Below the pieces are notes generated by a model, which was not told where the DNA came from, ran no database searches, and worked only from the letters and a program-made list of their open reading frames with translations. A program made the translations under genes and the position numbers. Of a DNA stretch of 64,000 nucleotides, positions 13,019-26,497 are shown piece by piece. The stretch's first letter is position 1; each line of letters begins with the position of its first letter. Source of the DNA: Octopus vulgaris (taxonomy: Eukaryota); contig OX597828.1 of NCBI GenBank assembly GCA_951406725.2, positions 35,340,001 to 35,404,000 on the forward strand. Direction: 5' to 3'.

Positions 13019-13710
13019 TCTGCTGTTATGATTCTAAAATATAACACTTAAAAACCTAATGGTATATCTTTTCTCTACTCCTCTGACATTTCGCCTAATA
13101 AAATGATTTTATTAATCTATTAGGCTTAATTGAAACAGCTGTAAGGGTCCATGTTTGATTTTTGCAAATGATAAATTTTAATTAAATGTTATATCTCCAT
13201 TTTCTTACTTACTTTTGAATGATTATAAACCATGATATATATATATATATATATAATCTTTTCTAATACAAGCACAAGGGGAAATTTAAAGGGAGGGTAT
13301 TAGTTGTTTACATCAACCCCAATGCTAAACTGGTACTTACTTGTTTTATTGACTTCAAAAGGATGAAAAGCAAAATGAACCTTGCTGGAATTTGAATTGA
13401 AAACATAAAGATGGCCGCAATGCCTCCAAGCATTTTTCTTGGTGTGCTAACAATTATGTTAACTTGCTTTAATGATAATAATAATGATAATAACAATAAT
13501 AATAATAAGAAAAATAATGATAATATGATTTCAAATTTTGTCACAAGGCCAACAATTTCAGGGGAGGGGATAAGTTGATCACATCGACCCCAGTACTCAA
13601 CTGGTACTTATTTTATCGATCCAGAAAGGATGAAATGTAAAGTCAACCTCAGTAGAATTTGATCTCAAGACATGAAGGCTAATGAAATGCTGCTAAGCAT
13701 CAGCATGGCC
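11460..13710. mobile_element. Cluster of old copies of tRNA-SINE family D (about 11460-11630 -, 11740-11940 -, 12120-12230 +, 13260-13470 -, 13530-13710 -)
   Basis: Recurrent ggtacttattttatcgaccc..aaaggatgaaaggcaaagtcgacctc motif, the same as the young copies at 23065 and 49817, interleaved with (AAT)n and (TA)n. Confidence 0.75.
11956..12077 (+). mobile_element. R4/Dong-clade LINE 3' fragment
   Basis: MEQIGAAIRVEHVQKTALFRTG then KVLEK* in another frame, resembling the QK.ALLGTA.ILR.VL C-terminus of R4/Dong elements. Lies between (AAT)n and (AAC)n repeats. Confidence 0.55.
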
Positions 13711-13799
13711 GCAGCTCTGAGCTGAAACTAAAAAAAAAAAATAGCAATTTGCTTGGCATGCTAACAATTCTACCAGCTGATGGCCATTTTAGGGCAATG

Positions 13800-14310
13800 A
13801 CAGGAGACTGAGACCTTTAGAGATATGCTGTGATTGAGGAGACCAGGCATCCATAGTTGATGCCAGTGCCGCATGTCTGCCCCATTTAAAAGTACCCTTG
13901 ATGTGTCGGGCGATATGATATGCTTGAGAAGACCTGTTGAGTGAAGTGAAACCAATATCGTGGCTCTGGCCAGTGCCCCCTGACTGGCTCCCATTCTGGT
14001 GGCACATAAAATGCATCATCCAAACGTGGTCGATGCCAATGCCTCCTGACTGGCTCCTGTGTTGGTGGCACGTAAAAAGCACTATCCGAACGTGATCGAT
14101 GCCAGGCCCGCCTGACTGGCTCCTGTGCCAGTGGCATGTAAAATACACCCACTACACTCTTGGAGTGGTTGGCATTAGGAAGGGCATCCAGGTGTAGAAA
14201 CATTGCCAGATCAGATTGGAGCCTGGTGCAGCCACTAGCTTTCTAGACCTCTGTCAAACCGTCCAACCCATGCCAGCATGGAAAACGAACATTAAATGAT
14301 GATGATGATG
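13800..14310 (+). mobile_element. RTE-LINE 3' UTR fragment with internal ~60-bp repeats
   Basis: Three units of gcc...tgactggctcc...ggtggcacgtaaaa, then ggaagggcatccag and a (TGA)n tail. Homologous to 47118-47770. Confidence 0.85.
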
Positions 14311-14344
14311 GTAGACGGAAACTGAAAGAACCCCGTCATGTGTG

Positions 14345-14518
14345 TGTGTGGTAAGAAGTTGCTTCCCAGCCACATAGTTCTGGGTTCAGTCCCACTGCAT
14401 GGCACTTTGGGCAAGTGTCTTCTACTATAGCCTTGGACCAACCTAAGCCTTCTGAGTTGATTTGGTAGACAGAAACTGAAAGAAGTCCATTACATGTGTG
14501 TGTGTGTGTATTTGTGTA

Positions 14519-14570
<52 letters not shown>

Positions 14571-15240
14571 TGTGTGTATTTGTGTGGGTGTGGGTATGTG
14601 TCTTTATGTCTATGTTTGTACTCCACCATCACTTGACAACCGGTGTTGTTGTGTTTATGCCCCGTAACTTAGTGGTTCAGCAAAAGCAGCTAACAGAAGT
14701 ATCCAGCCATGGAAAATCTGCTTCAACAAATTCCATCCGATCCATGCAAGCATGGAAATGTGGATGTTAATTGATGATGATGTTAAAAGACATAACAGTC
14801 AAATATCTTGTTTTTTCTCATACAGAAAAATAAAGGAGATTGCCCTGACATGACAACCCATCAGAAGACAAGTATTCTTTCATTCCTTAGCCCACAAGTA
14901 AAATTTATGGCTATTAGTCTTGTAAATGAATTTGGTAGATGGAAACTGAAAGAATTTCATTATGTGTCTGTGTCTGTGTGTGTGAGTGTGTGTGTGTTGG
15001 TATTGTTTTGACATCATGCATTCGTTGTAAACAAGCATCACTGTCATACAATCAGTGTTGCCTGTTTCTTGCTTTCCATGCTGAAATATTACCCTGTTTG
15101 GAAACAAGTGAGTGTTAGCAAGCAACAGGAGGAGTATCCAGCCATGGAAAATCTGCTTCAACAAATTCCATCCGATCCATGCAAGCATGGAAATGTGGAT
15201 GTTAATTGATGATGATGTTAAAGACATAACAGTCAAATCT
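14345..15240 (+). mobile_element. Two partial CORE-type SINE copies with a duplicated tail segment
   Basis: Family A head and CORE at 14345-14490, second partial copy from about 14925. Segment 14698-14804 equals 15133-15238 apart from a 1-nt indel. Confidence 0.75.
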
Positions 15241-15271
15241 CTCTGAAATCAATGCTCTACCATCATAAAAA

Positions 15272-16312
15272 AGAGGGATACATTTCATAAATGTAGTTCT
15301 TACTGTTTTAAAAGAAAGTATACATTTGATAATGTAAACCTTACTGTCTTAAAAAAAGGAAGGATACACTTGATAATGTAGTCCTAACTATTTTATAAAT
15401 AAGTAAGGATATACTTGATAATGTAGTCCTTACTATTTTATAAATAAGGATATACTTGATAATGTAGTTCTTACTTATCTTATAAATAAGTAAAGATACA
15501 CTTGATAATGTAGTCCTAACTATTTTATAAATAAGTAAGGATACACTTGATAATGTAGTCCTTACTATTTTATAAATAAGGATACACTTGATAATGTAGT
15601 TCTTACTTATCTTATAAATAAGTAAAGATACACTTGATAATGTAGTCCTTACTATTTTATAAATAAGTAAGGATACACTTGATAATGTAGTCCTTACTAT
15701 TTTATAAATAAGTAAGGATACACTTGATAAATGTAGTTCTTACTGTTTTAAAAAGAAAGGATACATTTGATAATGTAAACCTTACTGTCTTAAAAAAAGG
15801 AAGGATACACTTGATAATGTAGTCCTTACTATCTTATAAAAAAGGAAGGATACACTTGATAATGTAGTCCTTACTATTTTATAAATAAGTAAGGATACAC
15901 TTGATAATGTAGTCCTTACTATCTTATAAAAAAGGAAGGATACAGTTGATAATGTAGTCCTTACAATCTTATAAAAAAGGAAGGATACAGTTGATAATGT
16001 AGTCCTTACTATCTTAAAAAATGAAGGATTCTTTTGATAATGTAGTTCTCTCTGTTTTAGAAAAGAAAGGATCACTAGGTAGTTAGAGTGTGTGCCGCCC
16101 GGGGCAGCCCTTCAGTTTGTTGCTCTTAGACACCCCCACAAAAAAATACATGTTGCATACAGCAGACCCAAATGTGGTGCCACCCCTTCTGCCTACCTCT
16201 AGCTATGCTAGTGGTATGGATACATTTGACAATGTAGTTCTTACTATCTTAAAAAGGGGAAGAATACATTTGATAATGTAGTCTTTACCGTCTTGGAAAA
16301 GAAAGGACAATG
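15272..16312. repeat. ~45-bp minisatellite (ggatacacttgataatgtagtccttactattttataaataagtaa), roughly 20 units
   Basis: Directly visible tandem units of about 41-46 bp, interrupted at 16073-16213. Confidence 0.95.
16073..16213. mobile_element. Small MITE inserted in the minisatellite
   Basis: Terminal inverted repeats cactaggtagttagag / ctctagctatgctagtg with a GC-richer interior. Confidence 0.6.
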
Positions 16313-16779
16313 TAGATGGGAAGTTGGTGACCGCGCTTGAAAAGCAAGGATGGTAAACATAGCTGGAACAACCTTTGATCAGATATCTCTTTGATCAGAG
16401 CTGACTTGAGGGCTAATCAGCAACAACAACAACAACAGCGACAACAACAATAACATCATCAATGACAACAATGCAACTCACAGTTAATGAGATATTATTT
16501 TAATAAACTAGAGAATTAACAATTGCTAAATAATTGGAAGCATCAAACACAAAACTTTCAAAATCTCCAAATATAAAATTCCTAAAATCCGAAGAATAAT
16601 TAAAAACAAATAAATAACTAAAAGTAATTCCAAGAAATATGGCGTTGTTCATATTTTTAATTAATTTAATTAATTAATCTGTAAAACATTTACAAATCAT
16701 CGTTAGATTTTTACTCAAATGCACTCATGACTGATTTACTGGGGGAAATTATTTCATTGTCCTCCAACTTGTTTTTAAT

Positions 16780-17600
16780 TTTGTTGTTGTTGTTGTGGTT
16801 GTTGTTGTTGTCGTTGTGGTTGTTGTTGTCGTCGTTGTTGTTGTTGTTGTTGTTTAAAACCAAAGCCAGCCTTAAACATTACTTCATACTTTCAATGAAA
16901 AATAGACATGAAAGCCATACAAACACACACACACAACAACAACAACAACAACAACAACAGCAACAGCAAAGAAACAGGACGAGAATTAGCATTTATAATC
17001 TTCATCTTTTTCTCCTCTTCTTCGTACATCCTCCTCCTCCTCCTCATCATCATCATCATCATCATCATCATCGTTGTCTTCTTTGTCTCCTCCTCTTCCT
17101 CCTCCTCCTCTCTCATTCCAATTCCATGTTGCTGTTCTTGTGATTGCCATCAACTTCTTCCATTTTTCTTTCATTTTCTTCATCATTTTAATCTGTTTTC
17201 TTCTTATTTGTCATCATTCATCATTTTCATCATCACCAACAACAACAACTACAATCTCTTCTTCTTTTTCTTCTTTTTCTTCTTCTTCTTCTTCTTCTTC
17301 TTCTTTGTCGCCATCTTCTTCACCATCTTCTTCATTCATCATCATCTTCCTCACCATCTTCTTCTTCACTTTCTCTTTCTTCTTCTTCACTTTCTTCTTC
17401 TTCTTCATTGTCGCCATCTTCTTCATTCATCATCTTCTTCACCATCTTCTTCTTCAATTTCTTCTTTTTCTTTTTGTTTTTCTTCTTTTTTCTTCTTCTT
17501 GTTTTTCTTGTTTTTCTTTTTCTTCTTCTTCTTCTTCTTCTTCTTCTTCTTCATTGTCGCCGTCTTCTTAATTCCTCTTCTTCTTTATTCATCATCATAC
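16780..17600. repeat. Low-complexity (GTT)n/(CAA)n/(CAT)n/(CTT)n block
   Basis: Directly visible; accounts for most of the 401-aa ORF. Confidence 0.95.
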
Positions 17601-17609
17601 TTGCTCAGA

Positions 17610-18240
17610 GGCCAATGCAAAGTTGCAGAAGGTGTATGGAGAAGAGTGTATGAGCTGCACACAAGTGTACAAGTGGGTCAGATATTTCCAAGATGGCCGA
17701 AAAATGTCTATACTGATGAATGTTCTGGGAGACCTGAAACCAGCAGAACTGAGAAAAACATCACAGATGTGTGTGCAGCTGTGAGGGGAAATCCTCGAAT
17801 CACCATCCATAAATTATCAGAGGATGTGCAAATTAGTTATGGTACAGTTCAGTCCATCACTGAAGATTTGGGTATGAGACACGTGTCTGCCATCTTTGTC
17901 CCAAAACTGCCTTCAGCTGACCAAAAAGACACTTGGGTTTCCATTGCACAAGATCTCGTTGATTGTGTTGAGAATGATGAAAACGTTTTGAAAACTTTGC
18001 GTAGGCCTCTGAGCTGGTATCGCCATGGCAACTTTCTCTGTCATGGTCAGTGCGACGATGACATGCTACACACGTTCCTTCCAAGCACTGCTGTAAACAG
18101 TGGAAGTGAGTAAGAACATTAAAACTTAGTGCACACGCAGAGCAGAGTTTAAGGCCAATCTGTGCCAAGCAGCTTCACTCTGTGTGCTTTATCTTCATTA
18201 CTATGGCAACAGTCTGGATATTTATTGATCAGACCACATA
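17610..18240 (+). pseudogene. Mariner transposase N-terminal (HTH) fragment plus right TIR, internally deleted
   Basis: VYGEECMSCTQVYKWVRYFQDGR, then after a frameshift DECSGRPETSRTEKNITDVCAAVRGNPRITIHKLSEDVQISYGTVQSITEDLGMRHVSAIFVPKLPSADQK (WVP+L linker analogue). Ends ctggatatttattgatcagaccacata. Confidence 0.85.
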
Positions 18241-19690
18241 TTCAAGTTACCAGAACAAGTTATTGGAGTATAATACTGATTGAATAAACTCTGTACTTAA
18301 CTGGTGCTTTATTTTAGAATATGGGACATTTGGGCATTGCCCTTTTGGTGCTGTCTGTTTGGCACCACTGATTCAACACTGATTCATACATTTTAATTTT
18401 TCAATCTCTCTCTCTCTCTCTCTCTGTCCTTCTGTCTATCTCTCCTCTTTCTCTCTCTCTCTCTCTCTCTTTGTTTATGTTTGTGAGAATTCTAGTTATG
18501 TTTGAATGTATGTGTAATGTCTTTCTGTCTCTCTCTCTCTAACTTTTTCTCTCTTCCTTTCTATTTCTTTCTAACTCTCCTTTCTCTCTCTCTCTCCTTT
18601 TCTTTCTCTCTCTCTCCTTCCCTTTCTCTCTCTCTCTCCCCTCTTTCTCTCTCTCTCTCTCTCTTTGTTTATGTTTGTGAGAATTCTAGTTATGTTTGTA
18701 TGTATATGGTTTGTATGTACATATAATGTTTCTCTTTCTCTCTCCCTCCCTTTCTCTCTCTCACTCTCTCTATCTCTCTCCCTCCCTCTCTTTCTCTCTC
18801 TCTCTCTCCCTTTCTCTATTACTTTCTCTATCTGCATGTATATATTTCTCTGCGCGTGTGTGTGTGTGCATGTGTGAGTGTCCAAGGCCAAAACGTACAG
18901 CCATTGAATGTCCAGATCATCTCAGACCACTTATTTCATGAACCGCCTCCACCACAAAAGAATGAAACACACACACACAAAAAAAAAAAAAAATCAACTC
19001 TAGCAAGATTTGAACTCAGAAAAAACGAAAACAACCATATCTAAATTCTACAAAACAGTTCCTCTGCCATTCTCATGACTCTACCAATCCCAGATAATTC
19101 AACAGAGCCATCTGCGATTCTCAGAATAATTTGACTACTTTATTTTACAGAAAGAAAGAAAACCTTTCTCGTTTAAATGTTATTTTTATTGGAAAAGTAG
19201 AAGAATAATTAGCTCGAAATTTCTACTAAACAGAAAATAACACTACCATTAGTCATTAGTCATTTTCTTCTATTGTTTTTATTAAGTGTGTTTTTATTTT
19301 TGTTTTTTTTTTGTTTTTTCTTTGTTGATTGTTTTTTAGTTGGTTTCTGTAGAATACTTTTACTCTCTCTCTTTTACATAGAGATGTTTGTTACTTTTTG
19401 GAATGGTTTTTATTTTATTCACATTTTAAACTTCTTTCTTTGGATTCTTCTCCAAAGCAGCATACTTTATCGATTTTTGTTGTTAAAATTGTTCAATATA
19501 AATTACTTTGAATGAAGATTTCCCCCCCTCCCCTTACTTTTTTTTGTCTATTAAGAAAAATAAAATGATGATGTTAAGAATGGTAATGATAAAAAAAATA
19601 TTCACTGTAATATGTTTAACTTATTGGTTCTTAATATTAAATCCAACAGTTCTTATCAGCTTCCACTTTCAAATATATATATATACATAC

Positions 19691-19730
<40 letters not shown>

Positions 19731-19734
19731 GCCG

Positions 19735-19950
19735 TCTGCCAGCCTCGTCTGGCACCTGTGTCGGTGGCACATAAAATCACCCACTACACTCTCGGAGTGG
19801 TTGGCGTTAGGAAGGGCATCCAGCTGTAGAAACACTGCCAGATCTGACTGGCCTGGTGCAGTCTTCGGGCTTGCCAGACCCCAGTTGAACCGTCCAACCC
19901 ATGCTAGCATGGAAAGCGGACGTTAAACGATGATGATGATGATGATGATG
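19735..19950 (+). mobile_element. RTE 3' tail fragment (young copy)
   Basis: ggttggcgttaggaagggcatccagctgtagaaac...atggaaagcggacgttaaacga(tga)n. Confidence 0.85.
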
Positions 19951-20063
19951 ATATATATATATATATTGTGAGAATTTACAAAAAACAAAAATAAACATAT
20001 ATATATATATATATATATATGCATACATTTCATATATATATATATATATACATATGTTTTATC

Positions 20064-20105
<42 letters not shown>

Positions 20106-20719
20106 CATACGTTTTATCTATATGCGTATATATGAGTATATATGTATATATATATGTGGCCTAGTGGTTAGAGCAGCGAACTTGCAGTCGAGGGATCACA
20201 GGTTTGAATCTCAGACTAGGCAATGTGTGATGTTTATGAGTGAAACATCAGTTTTTGTAAGCCCTGTAAAAGATCTCAGAAGTTTGGACCTCCAGCCAGG
20301 CCTTTCATGATACCCTTAAAGCCAAGAACTTTTCAGCCCCTCTCCTCGTATATGTGAAGGCACATAACTCAGTGGTTAGACATTGGGCTTACAATCATGA
20401 TTAACCCACCTCTGGAATTAAAATTTGTTCATGAAAAATACATCCATTGCCCTCTGGGACACATCATTAATTTTCAAAAAAGTAAAGGAAAAAGCAGTTT
20501 TGAAGCTGAGAAATACAGTAAAATTAACCATTTTGATACTAACCCACCCAGATTGCCCTTAGTTCTATGATAATAACTTCCTGTTTTAAGTTTGTAGCAC
20601 CCAGATTGCTCTGTCAAAAGCAATGCTTATTTATTACCCTGTGCATGTAAGCAAAAGCAGGGTATTGTAATCACTCATCTTTGTCTCTTTGTCTGTGTGT
20701 TTGCTAAATTAGTGGAAAA

Positions 20720-20975
20720 TGAAGCCTGTCGTATATATGTATATATATATATATATGTGTGTGTTTGTGTGTCTGTGTTTGTCCCCCTAGCATTGCTTGA
20801 CAACCAATGCTGGTGTGTTTACGTCCCCGTCACTTAGCGGTTCGGCAAAAGATACCGATAGAATAAGTACTGGGCTTACAAAGAATAAGTCCCGGGGTCA
20901 ATTTGCTTGACTAAAGGCGGTGCTCCAGCATGGCCACAGTCAAATGACTGAAACAAGTAAAAGAGTAAAAGAGAA
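20720..20975 (+). mobile_element. 5'-truncated CORE-type SINE family A
   Basis: 3' half and (gtaaaaga)n tail match 39380-39780. Confidence 0.9.
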
Positions 20976-21635
20976 AGAAAGTATTAATTGGAAGAAAGGC
21001 AGTGCTTTTCAATAGAAATTTGATAACAAAGGGTCAATTTGGTTTGTATTTTACTGAAAGAGGAAGAGTAAATGAAAAATGGAAGGCAAAGTCAGCTCTG
21101 GTGAGGCTTGAACTTAAAAAAAATATTATAATAACATAACAAAATACATCAAGGAAGTTTGGCCCTGTGCATTTATCTATTCAGCTACCTTACATAGAGT
21201 TTTTTTAAGTATGCTAAGCTTCATAATATTCCTACAGTTAGAACAAAATCTAATTACTTATCGCATAGTTATTACATCCATCCTGCCTTCCAGTCTCTCA
21301 TGGTTTCTCACATCCTGACTCCAATAAGTAATTATCTGATAACGATCACATCCTGTCTTGGGTCAAAATTAATATACACAAACTGAAACTGGTGAGAGTT
21401 GGTGCAGATGACTGAACCATTCAAAGAGTCAATGACTCGTTCCTGTCACATAATCACTGCACCATGTCCACAGCAAACTAAAGTACTAAATTCTCTAAAA
21501 ACCAGTTCATTTCTCAAAGCGCCATGTTAGTAACCCAGGATGGAATGCTTTTACCTTTTCTAAGAGTATCCACAGCAGTAGTACTCAAATATTTGAAGAA
21601 CATTTAATGAACTTGCCCTACTGAGTTTTAATTCT

Positions 21636-22053
21636 TGTATGATAGGGGTTTCTGATTCTCCTGTGACAGGGGTTTCTAATTCTCCTGTGACAGAGGTTTC
21701 TAATTCTCCTGTGACAGGGTTTCTAATTCTCTTGTGACAGGGGTTCCTAATTCTCCTGTGACAGAGGTTTCTAATTCTTCTGTGACAGGAGTTTCTAATT
21801 CTCCTGTGACTGGGGTTTCTAATTCTCCTGTGACAGGGTTTCTAATTCTCTTGTGACAGAGGTTTCTAATTCTTCTGTGACAGGAGTTTCTAATTCTCCT
21901 GTGACAGGGGTTTCTAATTCTCCTGTGACAGGGGTTTCTAATTCTCCTGTGACATGGGTTCCTAATTCTCCTGTGACAGAGGCTTCTAATTCTTCTGTGA
22001 CAGGGGTTTCTAATTCTCCTGTGACAGGGTTTCTAATTCTCTTGTGACAGGGG
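21636..22053. repeat. 24-bp minisatellite (tgtgacaggggtttctaattctcc), about 17 units
   Basis: Directly visible; a 23-bp variant unit recurs near 21714, 21833 and 22024. Confidence 0.95.
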
Positions 22054-22339
22054 TAAAATAGAAGGGAAGAGATCACACTGGAATATTTTTTGTCATCATT
22101 GCTGTTGTCATCATGTGATGTCCACATTTCCATGCTTGCACAGTTGGTCTGCATTACTCCATAAGGAGCCGGTTTCCTGATTACTGTCATGCATGTCTCC
22201 TTCCCTGGCTGAGATGATGTTCTGTTGTTGCAGGGTTACTCATTTATGCCATCAGAATGAACTGGAGCAACTTAAAATTATGTATTTTTCTCAAGAACAC
22301 AATGCATCGCCCAGTCGAGGAATCGAAACCACAATCATG

Positions 22340-22765
22340 GGAAAGAAGGAATTTGTTGAGGAAGATTCTCTATGGCTGGCTGCCCTTCATGTTGCCAACC
22401 CTTACCTGTTTCTGAGCACGGTAATATTTCCCCCATGGCCTGACATGTTTTCATGGAAGGCTGGAAACAAATGACACTGCTTGCATTACAATGACTTTTG
22501 TTTACAACAAGTAAATGAAGTCCACGCAAGGAGACAGTAAAATACACACGTGCACACACACACACACACACAAACACTCACACACACACACATGCACACA
22601 AACACACACATACATGTATACGCAACAGGTTTTTCTCAGTTTCTATTTACCAAATCCATTCACAAGACTTTGGTCACCTCAGCATTATAGCAGAAGTCAC
22701 TTGCCCAAGGATCCACAAAGTGAGACAAACCCAAAACCTCTTACCACACACCCTCTCCTGCACCT
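22340..22765 (-). mobile_element. Old CORE-type SINE with RTE-like tail
   Basis: cacttgcccaagg CORE motif, internal (CA)n, ggctgcccttc tail motif. Confidence 0.7.
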
Positions 22766-23064
22766 AATTAATATAACTATGATTGTGTAAAGCATAACGA
22801 AGGACCCATTCAGCCAACCAAAAGAATTGGTGTTCTTCTGTAAGCAACATGTTGCATAGATAAACCCTTTGGGTAGACTAAGTCTGCAATGCAGGTTTTT
22901 TATACATTTGGGTTTTATACAGATTTCTTGAATAATTTTTTGGCATGATTGTGTGGCTAAGAAGCTTGTCTTGTAACTATATGGCTTCAAGTTCAATCCC
23001 ACTGTGTTGTACCTTGGGCAAGTATCTTCTACCATAGCTCCAGTCTCAGGTCGACCAACACTTT

Positions 23065-23302
23065 ATACCTATTTCTTTACTACCCACAAGGGGCTAAACA
23101 CAGAGGGGACAAATAAGGATAGACAAACGGATTAAGTCGATTATATCGACCCCAGTGCATAACTGGTACTTAATTTATCGACCCCGAAAGGATGAAAGGC
23201 AAAGTCGACCTCGGCGGAATTTGAACTCAGAACGTAGTGGCAGACGAAATACCGCAAAGCATTTCTCCCGACGTGCTAACGTTTCTGCCAGTTTGCCGCC
23301 TA
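23065..23302 (-). mobile_element. Young full-length tRNA SINE family D
   Basis: Reverse complement of ggcggc..ctggcagaaacgttagcacg...gagttcaaattccgccgaggtcgactttgcctttcatcctttcggggtcgataaattaagtaccag...gtagtaaagaaatagg. Inserted after a family A head at about 22942-23045. Confidence 0.9.
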
Positions 23303-23716
23303 TACCATATATATACCATATATCAAAGGTGGTCTCAATTAGTAGAAATAGAACAAAATTAATGGTGGTACTCCAACATGGCCACAGCTCTTGAGCTGAA
23401 ACTAGAAAAAGCTACATATTACTAATGCAGTCTTTCATAAAGGTGGTGATGAAATGATAGTGTGCTTGCAGTATTGACTTTGGTCCATTTCATTCTGAGT
23501 TCGAATCTTCTGACGGTTAATTCTGTCTTTTATTCCTCTCCATAGGGGCTCAATAAAATTAATACTAATAACTAATAGACAGTGATGGATACAATCTTAA
23601 CCCTTTTGTTACTGTATTTATTTTGAGATGCTTTGTGTTTCTTTCAGTTACTTTAAATATAACAAAGAATTTAGTAAAATAACTTGGTTATCATTCAGCA
23701 AGTGTTAGGAACATAA

Positions 23717-23751
<35 letters not shown>

Positions 23752-24110
23752 GACCAGCTTCCAACCCAGGTTGCAATGATAAAATCTGCCTGTCACACTC
23801 CTCAGTCCATCATCACTGATTCAATGTCCTGGATACATTCCTGGCCAGCCTTTTCTTGCATCACAATGAAGTGGGTTCCACGAAACCAATTTGGACACTT
23901 CCAGCTCAGGGTGGCACATATGGTGACCAGGGAGACATGGCCATCTTTGCCTGATCTTCTCACTTACTTTCAGCAGGTCTCCATAGCATAGAGGCATTCA
24001 TTTGTCATATGTTGCTGCCATTTAACATTTAGAGCCATTCATGGCATCCTCGTGTCTTTTATGTGGTATTATGTAGTGTAATTCGCTTGGAACACTTCAT
24101 ACTAACAAAA
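23717..24110 (-). mobile_element. Decayed RTE-like LINE 3' end with (AAT)n tail
   Basis: Minus reads LPGHHMCHPELEVSKLVSWNPLHCDARKGWPG, resembling the GH..RH.E..S.LV.W.P.HG...RGRP C-terminal motif. Confidence 0.6.
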
Positions 24111-24187
24111 TCAATCCATAAAAATGTGGATTGGTACCTTGTCTTCATTCCAAGTGTGGATTAACAGTTTCACATATGCATCAAAAT

Positions 24188-24470
24188 CATCATCATCATC
24201 ACCATCATCTAATATCTGTTTTCCATACTGGCATGGGTTGGGCGGTTTGACTGATGTCTGGAGAGCCAGTGGCTGCACCAGGCTCCAGTCTGATCTGGCA
24301 GTGTTTCTACAGCTGGATGCCCTTCCTAACGCCAACTACTCCGAGAGTGTAGGGGGTGCTTTTTATGTGCCACCGGCTCGGGAGCCACTCAGGCAGGCCT
24401 GGCATCAATCACACTCAGATAGTGCGTTTTACGTACCACTGGCAAGGGAACCAATCAGGGGACATTGGCA
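24188..24470 (-). mobile_element. RTE 3' tail fragment
   Basis: tttctacagctggatgcccttcctaacgccaac motif and (CAT)n tail. Confidence 0.85.
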
Positions 24471-24549
24471 GGGGACAAGCGAAAGATAAAAACTAAAAAG
24501 ATAATTTGTATATATATAACCCCATAAACCAGTCTTCTCCGTTAAAATA

Positions 24550-24584
<35 letters not shown>

Positions 24585-24587
<3 letters not shown>

Positions 24588-24985
24588 TGCAGGAGTGGCT
24601 GTGTGGTAAGAAACTTGCTTACCAACCACATGGTTCCAGGTTCAGTCCCACTGTGTGGCATCTTGGGCAAGTTTCTTCTACTATAGACTCAGGCTGACTA
24701 AAGGCTTGTGAGTGGATTTGGTTGATGGAAACTGAAAGAAGCCCGTCATATATATATATGTATGTATTTATATGTTTGTGTGCCTGTGTTTGTCTCCCCC
24801 ACCATTGCTTGACAACTGATGTTGGTGTGTTTACGTCCCCATAACTTAGCAGTTTGACAAAAGAGACCAATAGAATTAGGACTAGGCTTATAAAGAACAA
24901 GTCCTGGGGTCAATTTGTTCGATTAACGGTGGTCCTGCAGCATGGCCACAGTCAAATGACTGAAACAAGTAAAAGAGTAAAAGAA
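24585..24985 (+). mobile_element. Full-length CORE-type SINE family A
   Basis: Head ggtgcaggagtggctgtgtggtaag, CORE, internal microsatellite, tail. Confidence 0.9.
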
Positions 24986-24989
24986 TGTA

Positions 24990-25097
<108 letters not shown>

Positions 25098-25530
25098 TAT
25101 ATCTCTGTAACTCTGGGGGTACTTGATATCAAGAAAAATTACAACTAAGGGTGAGAAGAAAGAAGGATAAGAGGAGAAGGAGGAGGAAAAAAGGGGAGGT
25201 TGAAGGGGACAAGAGAGTGTTTGGTTGGAATGTCATTGAAAGACACCAGTTCCTGAGAATTAAAGGTTAGTTTATACAGCAGGGCATCATAAATATTGTC
25301 ATCATCATAATCTCCATCATCATCCTCATCATCAGTAGCAGCGGCAGCAGCGGCAGCAGCGGCAGCAGCGGCAGCAGCGGCAGCAGCAGCAGCAGCAGCT
25401 GTAGCATAATTATCACTATTGCGTGTGTCCCAATTATCATGTTCATAATCATCGTTTTCATCGCAATTGTCATCACCGTCATCATCACACCCATCGCAAT
25501 CACCCGCATTTTCATTTTTGTTTTAATCAT

Positions 25531-25575
<45 letters not shown>

Positions 25576-26111
25576 TATCATTATCATCATCATTGTCATC
25601 TCAATAATTATCAAAATTGTTTCAATTATTCCAATCATTTCATCTTAATCGCGAATAAACACTACATTCTCCATCACAAGGATCAACATCATCATCATCA
25701 TCATCATCATCATCCTCACCAATACCAATAACACCACCACCACCCTCATCACCCTCATCAGCATCATCATCATCCCCATCATTTGCACTTAAATGTTTTG
25801 TTTTCCACTGCCGGGTGGGTACTCGTGTACCTCCATACCCTCATGCCATTATAAAGCTCATCCTATTCTTGTTTGTGACTTTTGAAGTGTACTTGGCGCT
25901 ATTGTATTGCAGACCCAGCCCCTTAGCTGAACTTTCCCAGTTCCTGAGAACTTCGACAACTTTTGATATTTTCAAAATAGCTGAAACCTAACTCAAGAAA
26001 TACATAAGCAGTGATGGAGAGGCTGACGCTAGAGAGAAAAGAAACAATAAAACAAAGAAAAAAAACATTGCTATTATCAATATTATTATTGCATTATTTT
26101 TATTATGATTA

Positions 26112-26178
<67 letters not shown>

Positions 26179-26403
26179 GATAGCAAACTGGTAGAAACGT
26201 TACCATGCCAAGCAAAATGCTTAACGGTATTTTGTAAGTTTTTATATTGAGTTCAAATTCCGCTGATGTCGAATTTGCCTTTCATCCCATTGGGGTCGAT
26301 AAATTAAGTACCAGTTGTGTACTGGGGTCGATCTGATCGACTGGTCCCCTCGCCCAAAATTTCAGGCCTTGTGCCTCGAGTAAAAAAAGATTATTATTAT
26401 TTC

Positions 26404-26468
<65 letters not shown>

Positions 26469-26497
26469 CATTATTATCATTATCATTATTATTTATA

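Noticed and set aside
15272-16312. 45-bp, 24-bp and ~40-bp arrays as CRISPR
   Set aside because: Units are directly adjacent with no unique spacers, there are no cas genes, and the context is eukaryotic.
16908-18113. 401-aa ORF as a host gene
   Set aside because: The first ~230 codons are simple repeats and the rest is a frameshifted mariner fragment.
21819-22190. VTGELETP / VTGVSNSP repeat protein
   Set aside because: The 24-bp minisatellite has 23-bp units that shift the frame, is open on both strands, and shows no clear splice signals.
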